The translations under genes and the position numbers were made by a program. Below are positions 49,966 to 59,017 of a stretch of DNA of 64,000 bases, piece after piece. Numbering within the stretch: the first letter of the stretch is position 1; every line of letters starts with the position of its first letter. The DNA comes from an uncultured Gammaproteobacteria bacterium (GTDB lineage Bacteria; Patescibacteriota; Patescibacteriia; UBA11705; JABHMO01). Where the stretch lies: NCBI GenBank assembly GCA_964590105.1, contig CAZPYM010000003.1:72179-136178 (forward strand), in the 5' to 3' direction. Under the pieces are notes generated by a model, which was not told the origin of the DNA, searched no databases, and worked only from the letters and a program-made list of their open reading frames with translations.

Positions 49966-50056
49966 AAGTTAAAAGGTAAAAGGGGAAAAGGGAAAAGGTA
50001 AAAGGTAAAAGGGGAAAAGGGAAAAGGGAAAGGGGAAAAGGGAAAAGGGAAAAGTA
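49961..50056 (+). repeat. Purine-rich heptamer tandem array G(G/T)(G/T)AAAA, ~13 units
   Basis: gttaaaa gttaaaa ggtaaaa ggggaaaa gggaaaa ... Confidence 0.9.
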
Positions 50057-50205
50057 AGACAGCCTGGAGGCTGTTTTTTTGTTTGCTCGATGTTGTAAAA
50101 TTAGCTAAAAGCAGTTGCCTAACTTGACAAATATGTAAATCTGTGCTATACTAAAACGTAGTTGATCTTTGTTAGACGTGTCCTTAACCTTAGAAGAGGT
50201 GTCGC

Positions 50206-50682
50206 ATGAAAAAGGAAATGCTGTGGTTTTACGGCTCGTTGGCAGTGGTTGCGCTGGTAGCACTCGTTGTCGGGCTGAATGCGGAGGTTGTTTTCACCGC
50301 GAAGCTCACCGGCCTGTTGGTCGCCTTGATTGTCGGCACGGTTGTGGGAGCCTGGCGCGACGGAACCAGCTATCGCGCTGCGAGTGAGGGGGATCCTCTG
50401 ATCGTCCCCAAGTTGTTCATGTTCGCAATGGCGGCCATTTCAATCCTTGTCGGTGCGTATCTCGTTGACTTGATCAACACCTACGGGGTGCGATTCTTTT
50501 CACAAGGGGTTTCAATCTGTTTTTCTGGAGTAATGGTGGTTTTCTTGCTTGCCACTGGGGCCAGCATCGGGATGTACTGGAATGACCGTCCCGCCGGTAC
50601 CACCGTCCGCACAGCCATCGCCACCTGCGCCATCTACCTCCTGCCGGCGATCATCCTCACGCCGATGGTGATTTACATCTAA
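50206..50682 (+). CDS. Hypothetical membrane protein (~5 TM), GC-rich orphan
   Basis: TTGACA-17-TATACT at 50124-50152, GAGGTG SD, terminators on both sides. Confidence 0.78.
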   Translation: MKKEMLWFYGSLAVVALVALVVGLNAEVVFTAKLTGLLVALIVGTVVGAWRDGTSYRAASEGDPLIVPKLFMFAMAAISILVGAYLVDLINTYGVRFFSQGVSICFSGVMVVFLLATGASIGMYWNDRPAGTTVRTAIATCAIYLLPAIILTPMVIYI

Positions 50683-50837
50683 GTCGCCTGAAGCAAATTT
50701 TCACAACAACGTTTTGTGAAAGAACTCGACTACACAGTCGGGTTTTTTCTTTTAAATGAGCAATAGGCCTGCCCTGAATCTGACGGAGGAATGGTTCATG
50801 GCTCGTTTTTTATTTAAGAAATTGTTATAATGGTGAC

Positions 50838-52805
50838 ATGCACAGTAATAAACAAAATTTTATCCGGCCGGAAAGGCGGGATTACAAAAAGCACGCAATA
50901 ACCGTGGGCCAGATTTTGTTGATTCCAATTCGTTTACTGCCGTATTTAATTCTGCTGTGTTTAATCATGGCGATTTTGATCGGCGTATTTGTCGGTATTT
51001 CTTTGGCGCCATATTATGCCTCACTAAAAGCTGTTTATGCGCAGGGAATAGAAGGGCAAAATCATTTATTGGCCGCGGAAAAGTTTTTGGGAGCGCAAAA
51101 ATTTGATTTGACTGCGGCAGAACTGGAGAGCGCGGAGCAAAGTTTTGTCAATGCGCAAAAAGGTTTGAAGCTGGCCGGCCAGGCGGCGATTTTTCGGAGC
51201 GATCTCATAAAAAATCAGTTGGTTGTGGCTGAAGAAATTTTTTCAATCGGCGAAATTTTATCCCGGTCTTTAAAAAATATCACCGCTATTGGTCAGGAAA
51301 TTCAGGCGGCATTAAAAGCAGACAATATTGTCTGGCTGGATATTACTCCGGAGAAAAAAGGCGAAATTTTGAAAATTCTGAATGATTCTGTCGGCGACCT
51401 GCAAAAAGTTCAGCAGGATTTTGCCTTAGCCAATGGAAAACTTCTTGATATCAATAGCCGCCAGCCGCTTTTCATTTTCAATAAAGCGGTAACTCCCCTG
51501 CAAACAAAGATTCCCAAGCTGCAGAAAACTTTTGACGGCCTGGTCACAGTCGCCAAGCTTTTGCCGGCTTTTTCCGGATATCCCGAAGCCAAAACTTATT
51601 TATTTATTTTGGAAAATAATCGCGAGATGCGTCCGGCCGGCGGATTTATCGGTACCTATGGCATACTGAAAATAAAAAATGCTGAAATGGAACAATTTTT
51701 TACTGACAATTCATACAATTTTGATTCTCCGGTTCACGACACTTTTCAGATCCCTTCACCGGAGCCGATGAAAAAATATATGAATCAGCCTCATTGGTAT
51801 TTTCGCGATTCTAATTGGTGGCCGGATTTTCCAACTTCAGCAGAAAAAGTGGAGTGGTTTTATCACAATCAGGGCGGCGCGGAAAATCTGGATGGTATTA
51901 TTGCTATCACGCCAAACGTGATCGAAGAACTGCTCGGCGTGCTGGGTGAATTTCAGGTGAGCGATTTGAAATTTAATAAAGAAAATTTTTGGGAGCAATT
52001 GCAGTATCAGGTTGAATACGGTTATTACAAGCAGGGGATTGAGGCGAAAGACAGAAAAGACATTATCAGCGATCTGGGCCAGCAGATGATTGCCAGGTTA
52101 TATTTATTGCCAATGAATAAGTGGCCGATCCTTATTGACGCCATTTCAGAGCAAGTAAAGGAAAAGCAGTTTTTATTATATTTTAATGATCCGGAAATGC
52201 AGGCTATGGCAATTAAAAATGGCTGGGCCGGCGAGGTAAAAGATTTTTCCGGCGATTATATAATGCTCGTGGACGCGAATCTGGCGGCGCTGAAAACCGA
52301 TTCGGTTATGAACAGAACAATGATGTACCGGCTGGATCAGAACGAAGATGGCGAATTGTTTGCCTCAACCAGTGTTAATTATCAGAACATGGGAACTTTT
52401 TCCTGGAAAACCACTCGATATCGAACTTACACCCGATTGTATGTGCCGGCAGGAAGCGAACTTATCTCCGTGAAAGCGGGTAATACAGAGATTGACCTGG
52501 AGAAAGACGTTGACATAACCAATGAATTTGGAAAAACCGCTTTTGGTTTATTTTTCGAGGTAGAGCCGCAAACTTCCAAAGTCATAACCTGGAAATATAA
52601 ATTGCCGGCTCGAATTTTGCCGGGCAATGAATATGCTGTCATGGTGCAAAAACAGCCGGGCATTCCTCAAATGAATCTTCAGCTTGATTTAAACTTCCAG
52701 AAAAAAATAAAAAGCAATCAGGTCGGACTGCACGCCAGCAAAAACAATCTTAAACACGTGGAAGTGATGCGTCAGGATCAGGTTTATACGGTTTGGTTGG
52801 AGTAG
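50838..52805 (+). CDS. DUF4012-family membrane-anchored protein
   Basis: YLFILENNREMRPAGGFIG, FRDSNWWPDFPTSA, DGIIAI. Confidence 0.85.
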   Translation: MHSNKQNFIRPERRDYKKHAITVGQILLIPIRLLPYLILLCLIMAILIGVFVGISLAPYYASLKAVYAQGIEGQNHLLAAEKFLGAQKFDLTAAELESAEQSFVNAQKGLKLAGQAAIFRSDLIKNQLVVAEEIFSIGEILSRSLKNITAIGQEIQAALKADNIVWLDITPEKKGEILKILNDSVGDLQKVQQDFALANGKLLDINSRQPLFIFNKAVTPLQTKIPKLQKTFDGLVTVAKLLPAFSGYPEAKTYLFILENNREMRPAGGFIGTYGILKIKNAEMEQFFTDNSYNFDSPVHDTFQIPSPEPMKKYMNQPHWYFRDSNWWPDFPTSAEKVEWFYHNQGGAENLDGIIAITPNVIEELLGVLGEFQVSDLKFNKENFWEQLQYQVEYGYYKQGIEAKDRKDIISDLGQQMIARLYLLPMNKWPILIDAISEQVKEKQFLLYFNDPEMQAMAIKNGWAGEVKDFSGDYIMLVDANLAALKTDSVMNRTMMYRLDQNEDGELFASTSVNYQNMGTFSWKTTRYRTYTRLYVPAGSELISVKAGNTEIDLEKDVDITNEFGKTAFGLFFEVEPQTSKVITWKYKLPARILPGNEYAVMVQKQPGIPQMNLQLDLNFQKKIKSNQVGLHASKNNLKHVEVMRQDQVYTVWLE

Positions 52806-53104
52806 GGGACGCGAAATAACGCTAAACTAAAAGCAAAACAACGCGAAACTACGCTAAGAAGAGAGCGTTTTTTTTGTTGAAAAATGGCATAATAAGTGGA
52901 TAAATTGTCGCTTTGTTTAATCGGGTTTTGTGTGGTAAAATGGAGGCGAAAGAAACATCACGAATAACTCAAAACATGCGAATGATGCGAATTAGGAAGG
53001 CAAAATAAAGAGAAATACAGTGAATAGAAGTGTAATAATTAGCTCAGAATCGTTCCATGTTTCCTGTCACGTGTTTCGTGTTATGTGATTAATAATTCGT
53101 GTTT

Positions 53105-56100
53105 ATGAAATATACCCCTCTCCATGTCCACAGCCATTATTCATTGCTTGACGGCCTGACCAAGATTGACGATCTGGTGGGCAAAGCAAAAGAAGACGGC
53201 ATGACTGCGCTCGCATTGACCGACCACGGTGTGATGTATGGCGCGATTGAGTTTTATCAAAAATGCAAAGCCGCGGGCATCAAGCCGATAATCGGCGTGG
53301 AAGCGTATATTGTTAATGATCGAAAGGAAAAGAAAGCGTCTGAAGAAGAGCGCTTTCATTTGATTTTATTAGCCAAGAATTACGAAGGGTACAAAAATCT
53401 GATCAAGCTGACAACGCTCGCTCATTTGGAAGGATTTTATTACAAGCCGCGCATTGATTGGGAGATTCTGCGGAAATATAGTAAAGGACTTATTGGTTTA
53501 TCTGCTTGTCTGGCCGGCGAAATACCGCGGGCGATTACCAGGGGGCTCGACGACGAGAAAATTGAATTAGTAATAAAAAAATATTTAAATGTTTTTGGCA
53601 AAGACAATTTTTATCTGGAAGTCCAGCACCATCCGAATATCCCTGATCAAAAAGTGGTAAATAATAAAATTTTTGAAATAGCCAAGCGCTTGGGATTGGA
53701 AGTCGTGGCCACGAATGACAGCCATTATTTAAATACAGAAGATGCGGAAGCGCATGATATTTTAATCTGCCTTCAAACAAAAAAATTGCTCAGTGATACT
53801 GACCGCATGAGCTATCTTGGCGAAGATTTTTCTTTGTATACTTCACAGCAGATGACTGACAATTTTCGCGGCAATCCGGAAGTTCTGGAGAACACCAATA
53901 AGATTGCGGATAAATGTGAAATAGAAATTCCGCTTGGCGAGATCAGATTGCCGTACTTTGAAGTACCGGAAGGGCAAACTGATTTTGAGTGTTTGCGTGA
54001 CCTTTGTTATCACAATATAGCCCGCCGCTATAATTTTGATTATAAAAAAGAGCAATTAATTGAAGCTGAAAAAAAAGTTATCGGCCGATTGGAATTTGAG
54101 CTCGGCGTTATTCAGCGCACCGGTTACTCTTCATATTTTTTGATTGTGCAGGATTTTACCAGCTGGGCGAGAAGCAAAGGGATCATTGTTGGACCTGGCC
54201 GCGGCTCGGCAGCCGGGAGCATAGTTTCATATTTGCTTGGCGTGACCAATTTGGATCCACTTCAATATGATTTGTTGTTTGAAAGATTTTTAAATCCGGA
54301 CCGTATTTCAATGCCTGATATTGATATTGATTTTGCTGATGAACGCCGCGCTGAAGTTATTCATTATGTCGAAGAAAAATACGGCAAAGATCACGTGGGC
54401 CAGATTATTACTTTTGGCACAATGGCCGCCCGGGCGGCGGCGCGCGACGTGGGCCGGGTGCTCGACATGCCGTATACGTTTTGCGATCAGGTGGCCAAAT
54501 TGATTCCAATGGGAATTAAACTGGATGAAGCTATCAACAAGGTAGTTGAAGTCAAAGAATTATATCGCAGCAATGATGATGCCCGGCGGCTTTTGGATTT
54601 CGCCCGCAAGCTGGAAGGCGTGGCCAGACATGCTTCCACGCATGCTTGCGGCGTGGTTATTACCAGAGAGCCGCTGGATAATTATTGTCCCTGTCAATTT
54701 GCCAGAGATCAGGAAGACGTAATCGTCACTCAGTATTCACTTCATCCGGTTGAAGATCTCGGCCTTTTGAAAATGGATTTTTTGGGTTTAAAAAACCTGA
54801 CTATTATCGAGAGAGCCTGTGAAATTGTGGAAAAAATGCATGGACAAAAAATAGTTATTGATGATTTGCCTCTGGGGGACATAAAAGCTTACGAACTGTT
54901 TCAGAACGGTCAGACAACCGGTGTTTTTCAATTTGAATCGAGCGGCATGAAAAGATATTTAAAACAGTTAAAACCGACGGAATTCGAAGACCTGATCGCC
55001 ATGGTCGCGCTCTATCGTCCGGGACCGCTTAATTCCGGCATGGTGGATGAATTTATTGCCAGAAAGCATGGCTTGAAAAAAATTGCCTATGTTCATCCGT
55101 TGATGGAAAACGCTTTGAAAAATACTTACGGCGTTATTGTTTATCAAGAGCAGGTCATGCAGCTTTCAAAAGATATGGCCGGTTTTACCGGCGGTCAGGC
55201 GGACACTTTGCGCAAAGCTATAGGAAAGAAAATCGCCGACTTGATGGAAAAAATGAAAACTGTATTTATTGAAGGCTGTATAAAAAATAACATTTCCAAG
55301 CAAATAGCTGAGCAGACATTTGAATCAATGGAAAAGTTCGCAGAATACGGATTTAATAAATCCCATGCCGCTTGTTATGCGCTCATTGCTTATCAGACGG
55401 CATTTCTTAAAGCAAATTTTCCTACTGAATTTATGGCGGCCCTTCTTACTTCAGATCAGGGAAATTTGGACAGAGTGGCAATTGAAATTGATGAATGTCA
55501 GCAGATGGGAATAGAAATTATGCCGCCAAGTATTAATGAAAGTTATTCCACTTTTACTGTAGTCGCCGATTCATTAAAACAAGGAACTCCAAGAATTCGT
55601 TTTGGCTTGAACGCAATTCGTAATGTCGGAGAAAACGTGGCCAGAGAGATTATTCATGAAAGAAAAGACAACGGCGCGTATATAGAACTGGAAGATTTTT
55701 GCAGCCGGCTCGGCAACCGGGCGCTGAATAAAAAATCTCTTGAAGGATTGATAAAAAGTGGCGCCATGGATCTTTTTGGTTCGCGTTCACAGCTGTTGGA
55801 TAATGTTGATAAAATTATAATGTTTATTCGAGAGGTTGAAGCGTCGCGCGCAACAAAACAGGTAAATATTTTTGATTTAAATAATTCACCTGACGCAACT
55901 TTACCGCGCATATTGCTCCGTCAGAGCAAAGATCTGGGACTCAAGCAAATACTTGCCTGGGAAAAAGAATTTTTGGGATTATACGTATCAGAGCATCCGT
56001 TCAAAAATTATGAAAAGAAATTACAGGGCCTGGTAACGCCGCTTTCAGAATTAAAAATCGGGGGCGACAGGCAATTGGTGCGCATTGCCGGCGTGGTGGC

Positions 56101-56611
56101 CAGCGTGAAAAAAATCACCACAAAAAAAGGCGATCCGATGCTATTTGTTTCCCTGTCCGATGCTTTGCGGGCGGTTGAAATATTAGTATTCCCTCGTTTG
56201 TACAAGGAAGATGAAGTGATCTGGCACGACGGCAAAGTTTTGATGGTAGAGGGAACAGTTTCCGACAAAGATGAAGAAATAAAAATTTTAGCCAATAAAG
56301 TCTGGGCCATTGATGAGATTGGCCTCGAGACAATACCAAAGGAAATGAACAGCGAATCACCGCGAGGCAGATTTAGTGGCGCCGGCCGGGGGAAAACGGT
56401 TTTGCGGGCGATAATAAATTACCCGGCCGGCGCAACTCATGATTTTGCCAATCAGGTAAAAATGCTTTTCATGGCAATCCCCGGCCGGCATCAAGTAATA
56501 TTTCGGATTCAAGACAAGCTGATAAAAACTAATTTTTTAATCAGCGTGGATGAAGAAAGTAGGTTGAAAATAGAATCTTTGCTTGGCAAGGGGACACTGA
56601 AGCAATTATAA
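53105..56611 (+). CDS. dnaE: DNA polymerase III alpha subunit
   Basis: HVHSHYSLLDG, TDHG, GPGRGSAAGS, MPDIDIDF, YGFNKSHA. Confidence 0.99.
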   Translation: MKYTPLHVHSHYSLLDGLTKIDDLVGKAKEDGMTALALTDHGVMYGAIEFYQKCKAAGIKPIIGVEAYIVNDRKEKKASEEERFHLILLAKNYEGYKNLIKLTTLAHLEGFYYKPRIDWEILRKYSKGLIGLSACLAGEIPRAITRGLDDEKIELVIKKYLNVFGKDNFYLEVQHHPNIPDQKVVNNKIFEIAKRLGLEVVATNDSHYLNTEDAEAHDILICLQTKKLLSDTDRMSYLGEDFSLYTSQQMTDNFRGNPEVLENTNKIADKCEIEIPLGEIRLPYFEVPEGQTDFECLRDLCYHNIARRYNFDYKKEQLIEAEKKVIGRLEFELGVIQRTGYSSYFLIVQDFTSWARSKGIIVGPGRGSAAGSIVSYLLGVTNLDPLQYDLLFERFLNPDRISMPDIDIDFADERRAEVIHYVEEKYGKDHVGQIITFGTMAARAAARDVGRVLDMPYTFCDQVAKLIPMGIKLDEAINKVVEVKELYRSNDDARRLLDFARKLEGVARHASTHACGVVITREPLDNYCPCQFARDQEDVIVTQYSLHPVEDLGLLKMDFLGLKNLTIIERACEIVEKMHGQKIVIDDLPLGDIKAYELFQNGQTTGVFQFESSGMKRYLKQLKPTEFEDLIAMVALYRPGPLNSGMVDEFIARKHGLKKIAYVHPLMENALKNTYGVIVYQEQVMQLSKDMAGFTGGQADTLRKAIGKKIADLMEKMKTVFIEGCIKNNISKQIAEQTFESMEKFAEYGFNKSHAACYALIAYQTAFLKANFPTEFMAALLTSDQGNLDRVAIEIDECQQMGIEIMPPSINESYSTFTVVADSLKQGTPRIRFGLNAIRNVGENVAREIIHERKDNGAYIELEDFCSRLGNRALNKKSLEGLIKSGAMDLFGSRSQLLDNVDKIIMFIREVEASRATKQVNIFDLNNSPDATLPRILLRQSKDLGLKQILAWEKEFLGLYVSEHPFKNYEKKLQGLVTPLSELKIGGDRQLVRIAGVVASVKKITTKKGDPMLFVSLSDALRAVEILVFPRLYKEDEVIWHDGKVLMVEGTVSDKDEEIKILANKVWAIDEIGLETIPKEMNSESPRGRFSGAGRGKTVLRAIINYPAGATHDFANQVKMLFMAIPGRHQVIFRIQDKLIKTNFLISVDEESRLKIESLLGKGTLKQL

Positions 56612-56790
56612 AGCAAAGGGCAGTTTTTACATCTAGTTTGAACACGGGTAAATTGCTTTTTTCTTTTATTCTGGTAAACTATAGGTGTGATATAGGCAGG
56701 TTCATATAAGTTTACAATTAGATTAATAAATAGGGAAAGCCGGACAGGGAGCCCCTCTATCTTATTGGCCTGTTTAGCCCCATCTTCCAT

Positions 56791-57933
56791 ATGTATATCA
56801 AAAAACATTCAAGAGTTACGGAGGGATACAAAAAAATGGTTTTCAGTTTTGTGGTAATCACGGTTATTTTGGTGGGAATAATTTTATATTTTTCAGCCAG
56901 CAAAGCCCTGATCAAAGTAGTGCCAAAAGCGTCAGCCATTGAAACTGATTTTGTTATTGATGTTATTAGTGATGGCGGTTCGGCAGAGGGCGCTATGCAG
57001 GGAGTATTGTATGAAACAGAAGTAGAGGGAACTATCGAAGGAGTGGCCACTGGGACAGAGATAGTTGATGGTAGCGCGATTGGCGAAGTGCTTTTGATTA
57101 ACAAGCGGGCAGAATCGCAAACTTTGGTTAAAACAACGCGACTTCTAACGCAAGATGGAATATTGTTAAGGTTAATGGACAAAGTCAATGTTCCTGCCGG
57201 CGGACAGATTGAAGCGGCTGTTTATGCTGATGATCCAAATGCTTTTGAAGAAATTCAACCGACTACATTTACTATCCCCGGACTTTGGGAAGGTTTGCAA
57301 ACGCAGGTTTACGCGGAAAGCACGACTGTGTTAAAAAGTACCGGCGATTCAATCAAAGTAGTAAAAGCAGTTGACATTGCCCGCGCCAAAGAAGAATTGA
57401 CAAATCAGCTTTATGATCGGGCGATCGAAAAATTTAAAGAACAATTACCAAATGGAAATTATGTTTCGCAGGTAGTTTCAAAAAAAATTATTGAAGAGAG
57501 CGTAGACGCTTCGGCTGGCGACAAAAAAGACAAGTTTACGTCAAGCATGAAGTTGAGCGCGACATTAATCGGCGTTTCGCAGGACAAAATTATTGAATTG
57601 GCGGGCGAGAGACTAAAGGCCGCGGTTTCCGGCGGTCAGGATCTGGCTAATTTGGATCCTAATACGCTGTCATATAAAGTGCAGAGCTTTGACGAACAAA
57701 AAATGACCGCCAATATAAAAGTTCATGCCGCAGGTTCGGCAGTCGTCAAGGAAAATAATGAAATATTTCAGAAAGACAAGCTGATTGGTCTCAGTCCAAA
57801 GGGAGTGGAGCTGTATCTGGCCAATTTTGACGAAGTGGAATCAGTGACTGTTGAGCTTTCTCCTTTTTGGGTGAAAAATATTCCAAAATTAAAAGATCAT
57901 ATTAATATTGTGATTGTCAGCCCGAATAAATAA
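56791..57933 (+). CDS. Membrane-anchored hypothetical protein (possibly baseplate-J-like)
   Basis: N-terminal TM; LVKTTRL, VPAGG, FTIPGL, LSPFWV motifs. Confidence 0.6.
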   Translation: MYIKKHSRVTEGYKKMVFSFVVITVILVGIILYFSASKALIKVVPKASAIETDFVIDVISDGGSAEGAMQGVLYETEVEGTIEGVATGTEIVDGSAIGEVLLINKRAESQTLVKTTRLLTQDGILLRLMDKVNVPAGGQIEAAVYADDPNAFEEIQPTTFTIPGLWEGLQTQVYAESTTVLKSTGDSIKVVKAVDIARAKEELTNQLYDRAIEKFKEQLPNGNYVSQVVSKKIIEESVDASAGDKKDKFTSSMKLSATLIGVSQDKIIELAGERLKAAVSGGQDLANLDPNTLSYKVQSFDEQKMTANIKVHAAGSAVVKENNEIFQKDKLIGLSPKGVELYLANFDEVESVTVELSPFWVKNIPKLKDHINIVIVSPNK

Positions 57934-58021
57934 GGACGGAGAAGGGAGTAAAAGTGGAATACAAAATAATAAAACACAAAGAACGCTGCGAGATTGGCGT
58001 TCTTTTGGTAAGGCTTATTAG

Positions 58022-58049
58022 TTGACGAAAATTTTTCAAGTGCTATAAT
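58022..58049 (+). promoter_or_regulatory. Promoter of the T-box leader
   Basis: TTGACG-16 nt-TATAAT with TG extension. Confidence 0.7.
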
Positions 58050-58063
58050 AAAAATAATCACAA

Positions 58064-58240
58064 GCGATTGGCCTGGCTACCAACCGGGCACCACAAGGTT
58101 TTGCAATAAAAAGCTAACTAAGTTTGTGAGAACAATATAAGAAATTAAGAGCTTTGGCGTTTGTTTGTCCGAAGAACTTGGGTGGAACCCCCTGGCGTAT
58201 GCCTGGGCCCAAGACTAAGTAAAATTAGTCTTTTTTATTT
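58064..58240 (+). promoter_or_regulatory. T-box riboswitch (candidate Thr specifier ACC)
   Basis: AACTTGGG-TGGAACC motif at 58175-58189; CTTGGG/CCCAAG antiterminator overlapping terminator AAGACTAA/TTAGTCTT-TTTT. Confidence 0.8.
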
Positions 58241-58242
58241 GT

Positions 58243-58704
58243 ATGAAGGTTTTATTACAAAGAGTAAATTTAGCTTCCGTTGAAGTTGACAATAAAGTTG
58301 TCGGAAAAATCGGCAAAGGGCTTTTGGCTTTTTTGGGCGTTGGCAAAGAGGATTCTGAAGTGGAAGTAACTACTTTGGTCGAAAAGTTAATAAACTTGCG
58401 GATTTTTCCAGTTGAAGACCCTTCGACAAGCTCAGGGCAGGGAAAACATTTTGACAAATCATTATTGGAAGTTGGCGGCGAGGTTTTGGTGGTTTCCCAG
58501 TTTACTCTTTATGCTAATTGCGAAAAAGGCAGGCGGCCTGATTTTTTTGACTCTGCCGATCCTAAAAAAGCAGAAGATTTGTACAATAAATTCATTGATA
58601 AATTAAAATCTAAAAACATTAAAACTGAAGCAGGAAAATTTGGCGCGTATATGCAAGTCAATTTAGAAAATGACGGGCCGTGTACTTTCTGGCTGGAGAG
58701 ATAA
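58243..58704 (+). CDS. dtd: D-aminoacyl-tRNA deacylase
   Basis: MKVLLQRV..ASV, VVSQFTL, KGRRP, NDGP motif. Confidence 0.97.
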   Translation: MKVLLQRVNLASVEVDNKVVGKIGKGLLAFLGVGKEDSEVEVTTLVEKLINLRIFPVEDPSTSSGQGKHFDKSLLEVGGEVLVVSQFTLYANCEKGRRPDFFDSADPKKAEDLYNKFIDKLKSKNIKTEAGKFGAYMQVNLENDGPCTFWLER

Positions 58705-58717
58705 CGGGCACTCATTC

Positions 58718-58801
58718 TTGTCATTTCGACCATCGTGGAGAAATCACAAGAATGGAGAAGGGATTTCTCGACTCCTCCTTCGTCGTCGCTCGAAATGACA
58801 A
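58718..58801. repeat. REPIN-like long palindrome
   Basis: TTGTCATTTCGA/TCGAAATGACAA outer arms; GAGAAATC/GATTTCTC inner arms. Confidence 0.8.
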
Positions 58802-58821
58802 AAATGGGGAAGCGGACGTCG

Positions 58822-58947
58822 CTCGAAATTGCCAAAGATCTTGGCTATGTTTCAGAATATGAATATAAAGTTCTGCTCGAACAGTCCATTAAAGTCCACA
58901 AAATCACCAAGGGCTTAATAAAGAGGACTCGCTCCCTCTCAACATGA
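58822..58947 (+). pseudogene. C-terminal remnant of a four-helix-bundle (TIGR02436/IVS-type) protein
   Basis: LEIAKDLGYVSEYEYKVLLEQSIKVHKITKGLIKR resembles the family C-terminus; N-terminal part absent. Confidence 0.7.
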
Positions 58948-59010
58948 TTTATGCTTCATTCTTCATGTTTCATGCTTAATTCATAATTCATTATTCATAA
59001 TTCATACTTC
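58948..59010. repeat. TTCAT-core heptamer array
   Basis: ttcattc ttcatgt ttcatgc ttaa ttcataa ttcatta ttcataa ttcatac. Confidence 0.75.
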
Positions 59011-59017
59011 AAATTTT

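Noticed and set aside
56791-57933. Prophage or injection system from the baseplate-like protein
   Set aside because: Solitary membrane-anchored gene between dnaE and dtd with no other phage genes
58735-58821. Intact 70-aa gene starting at 58735
   Set aside because: The first part is translated palindrome; only the C-terminal part looks protein-derived
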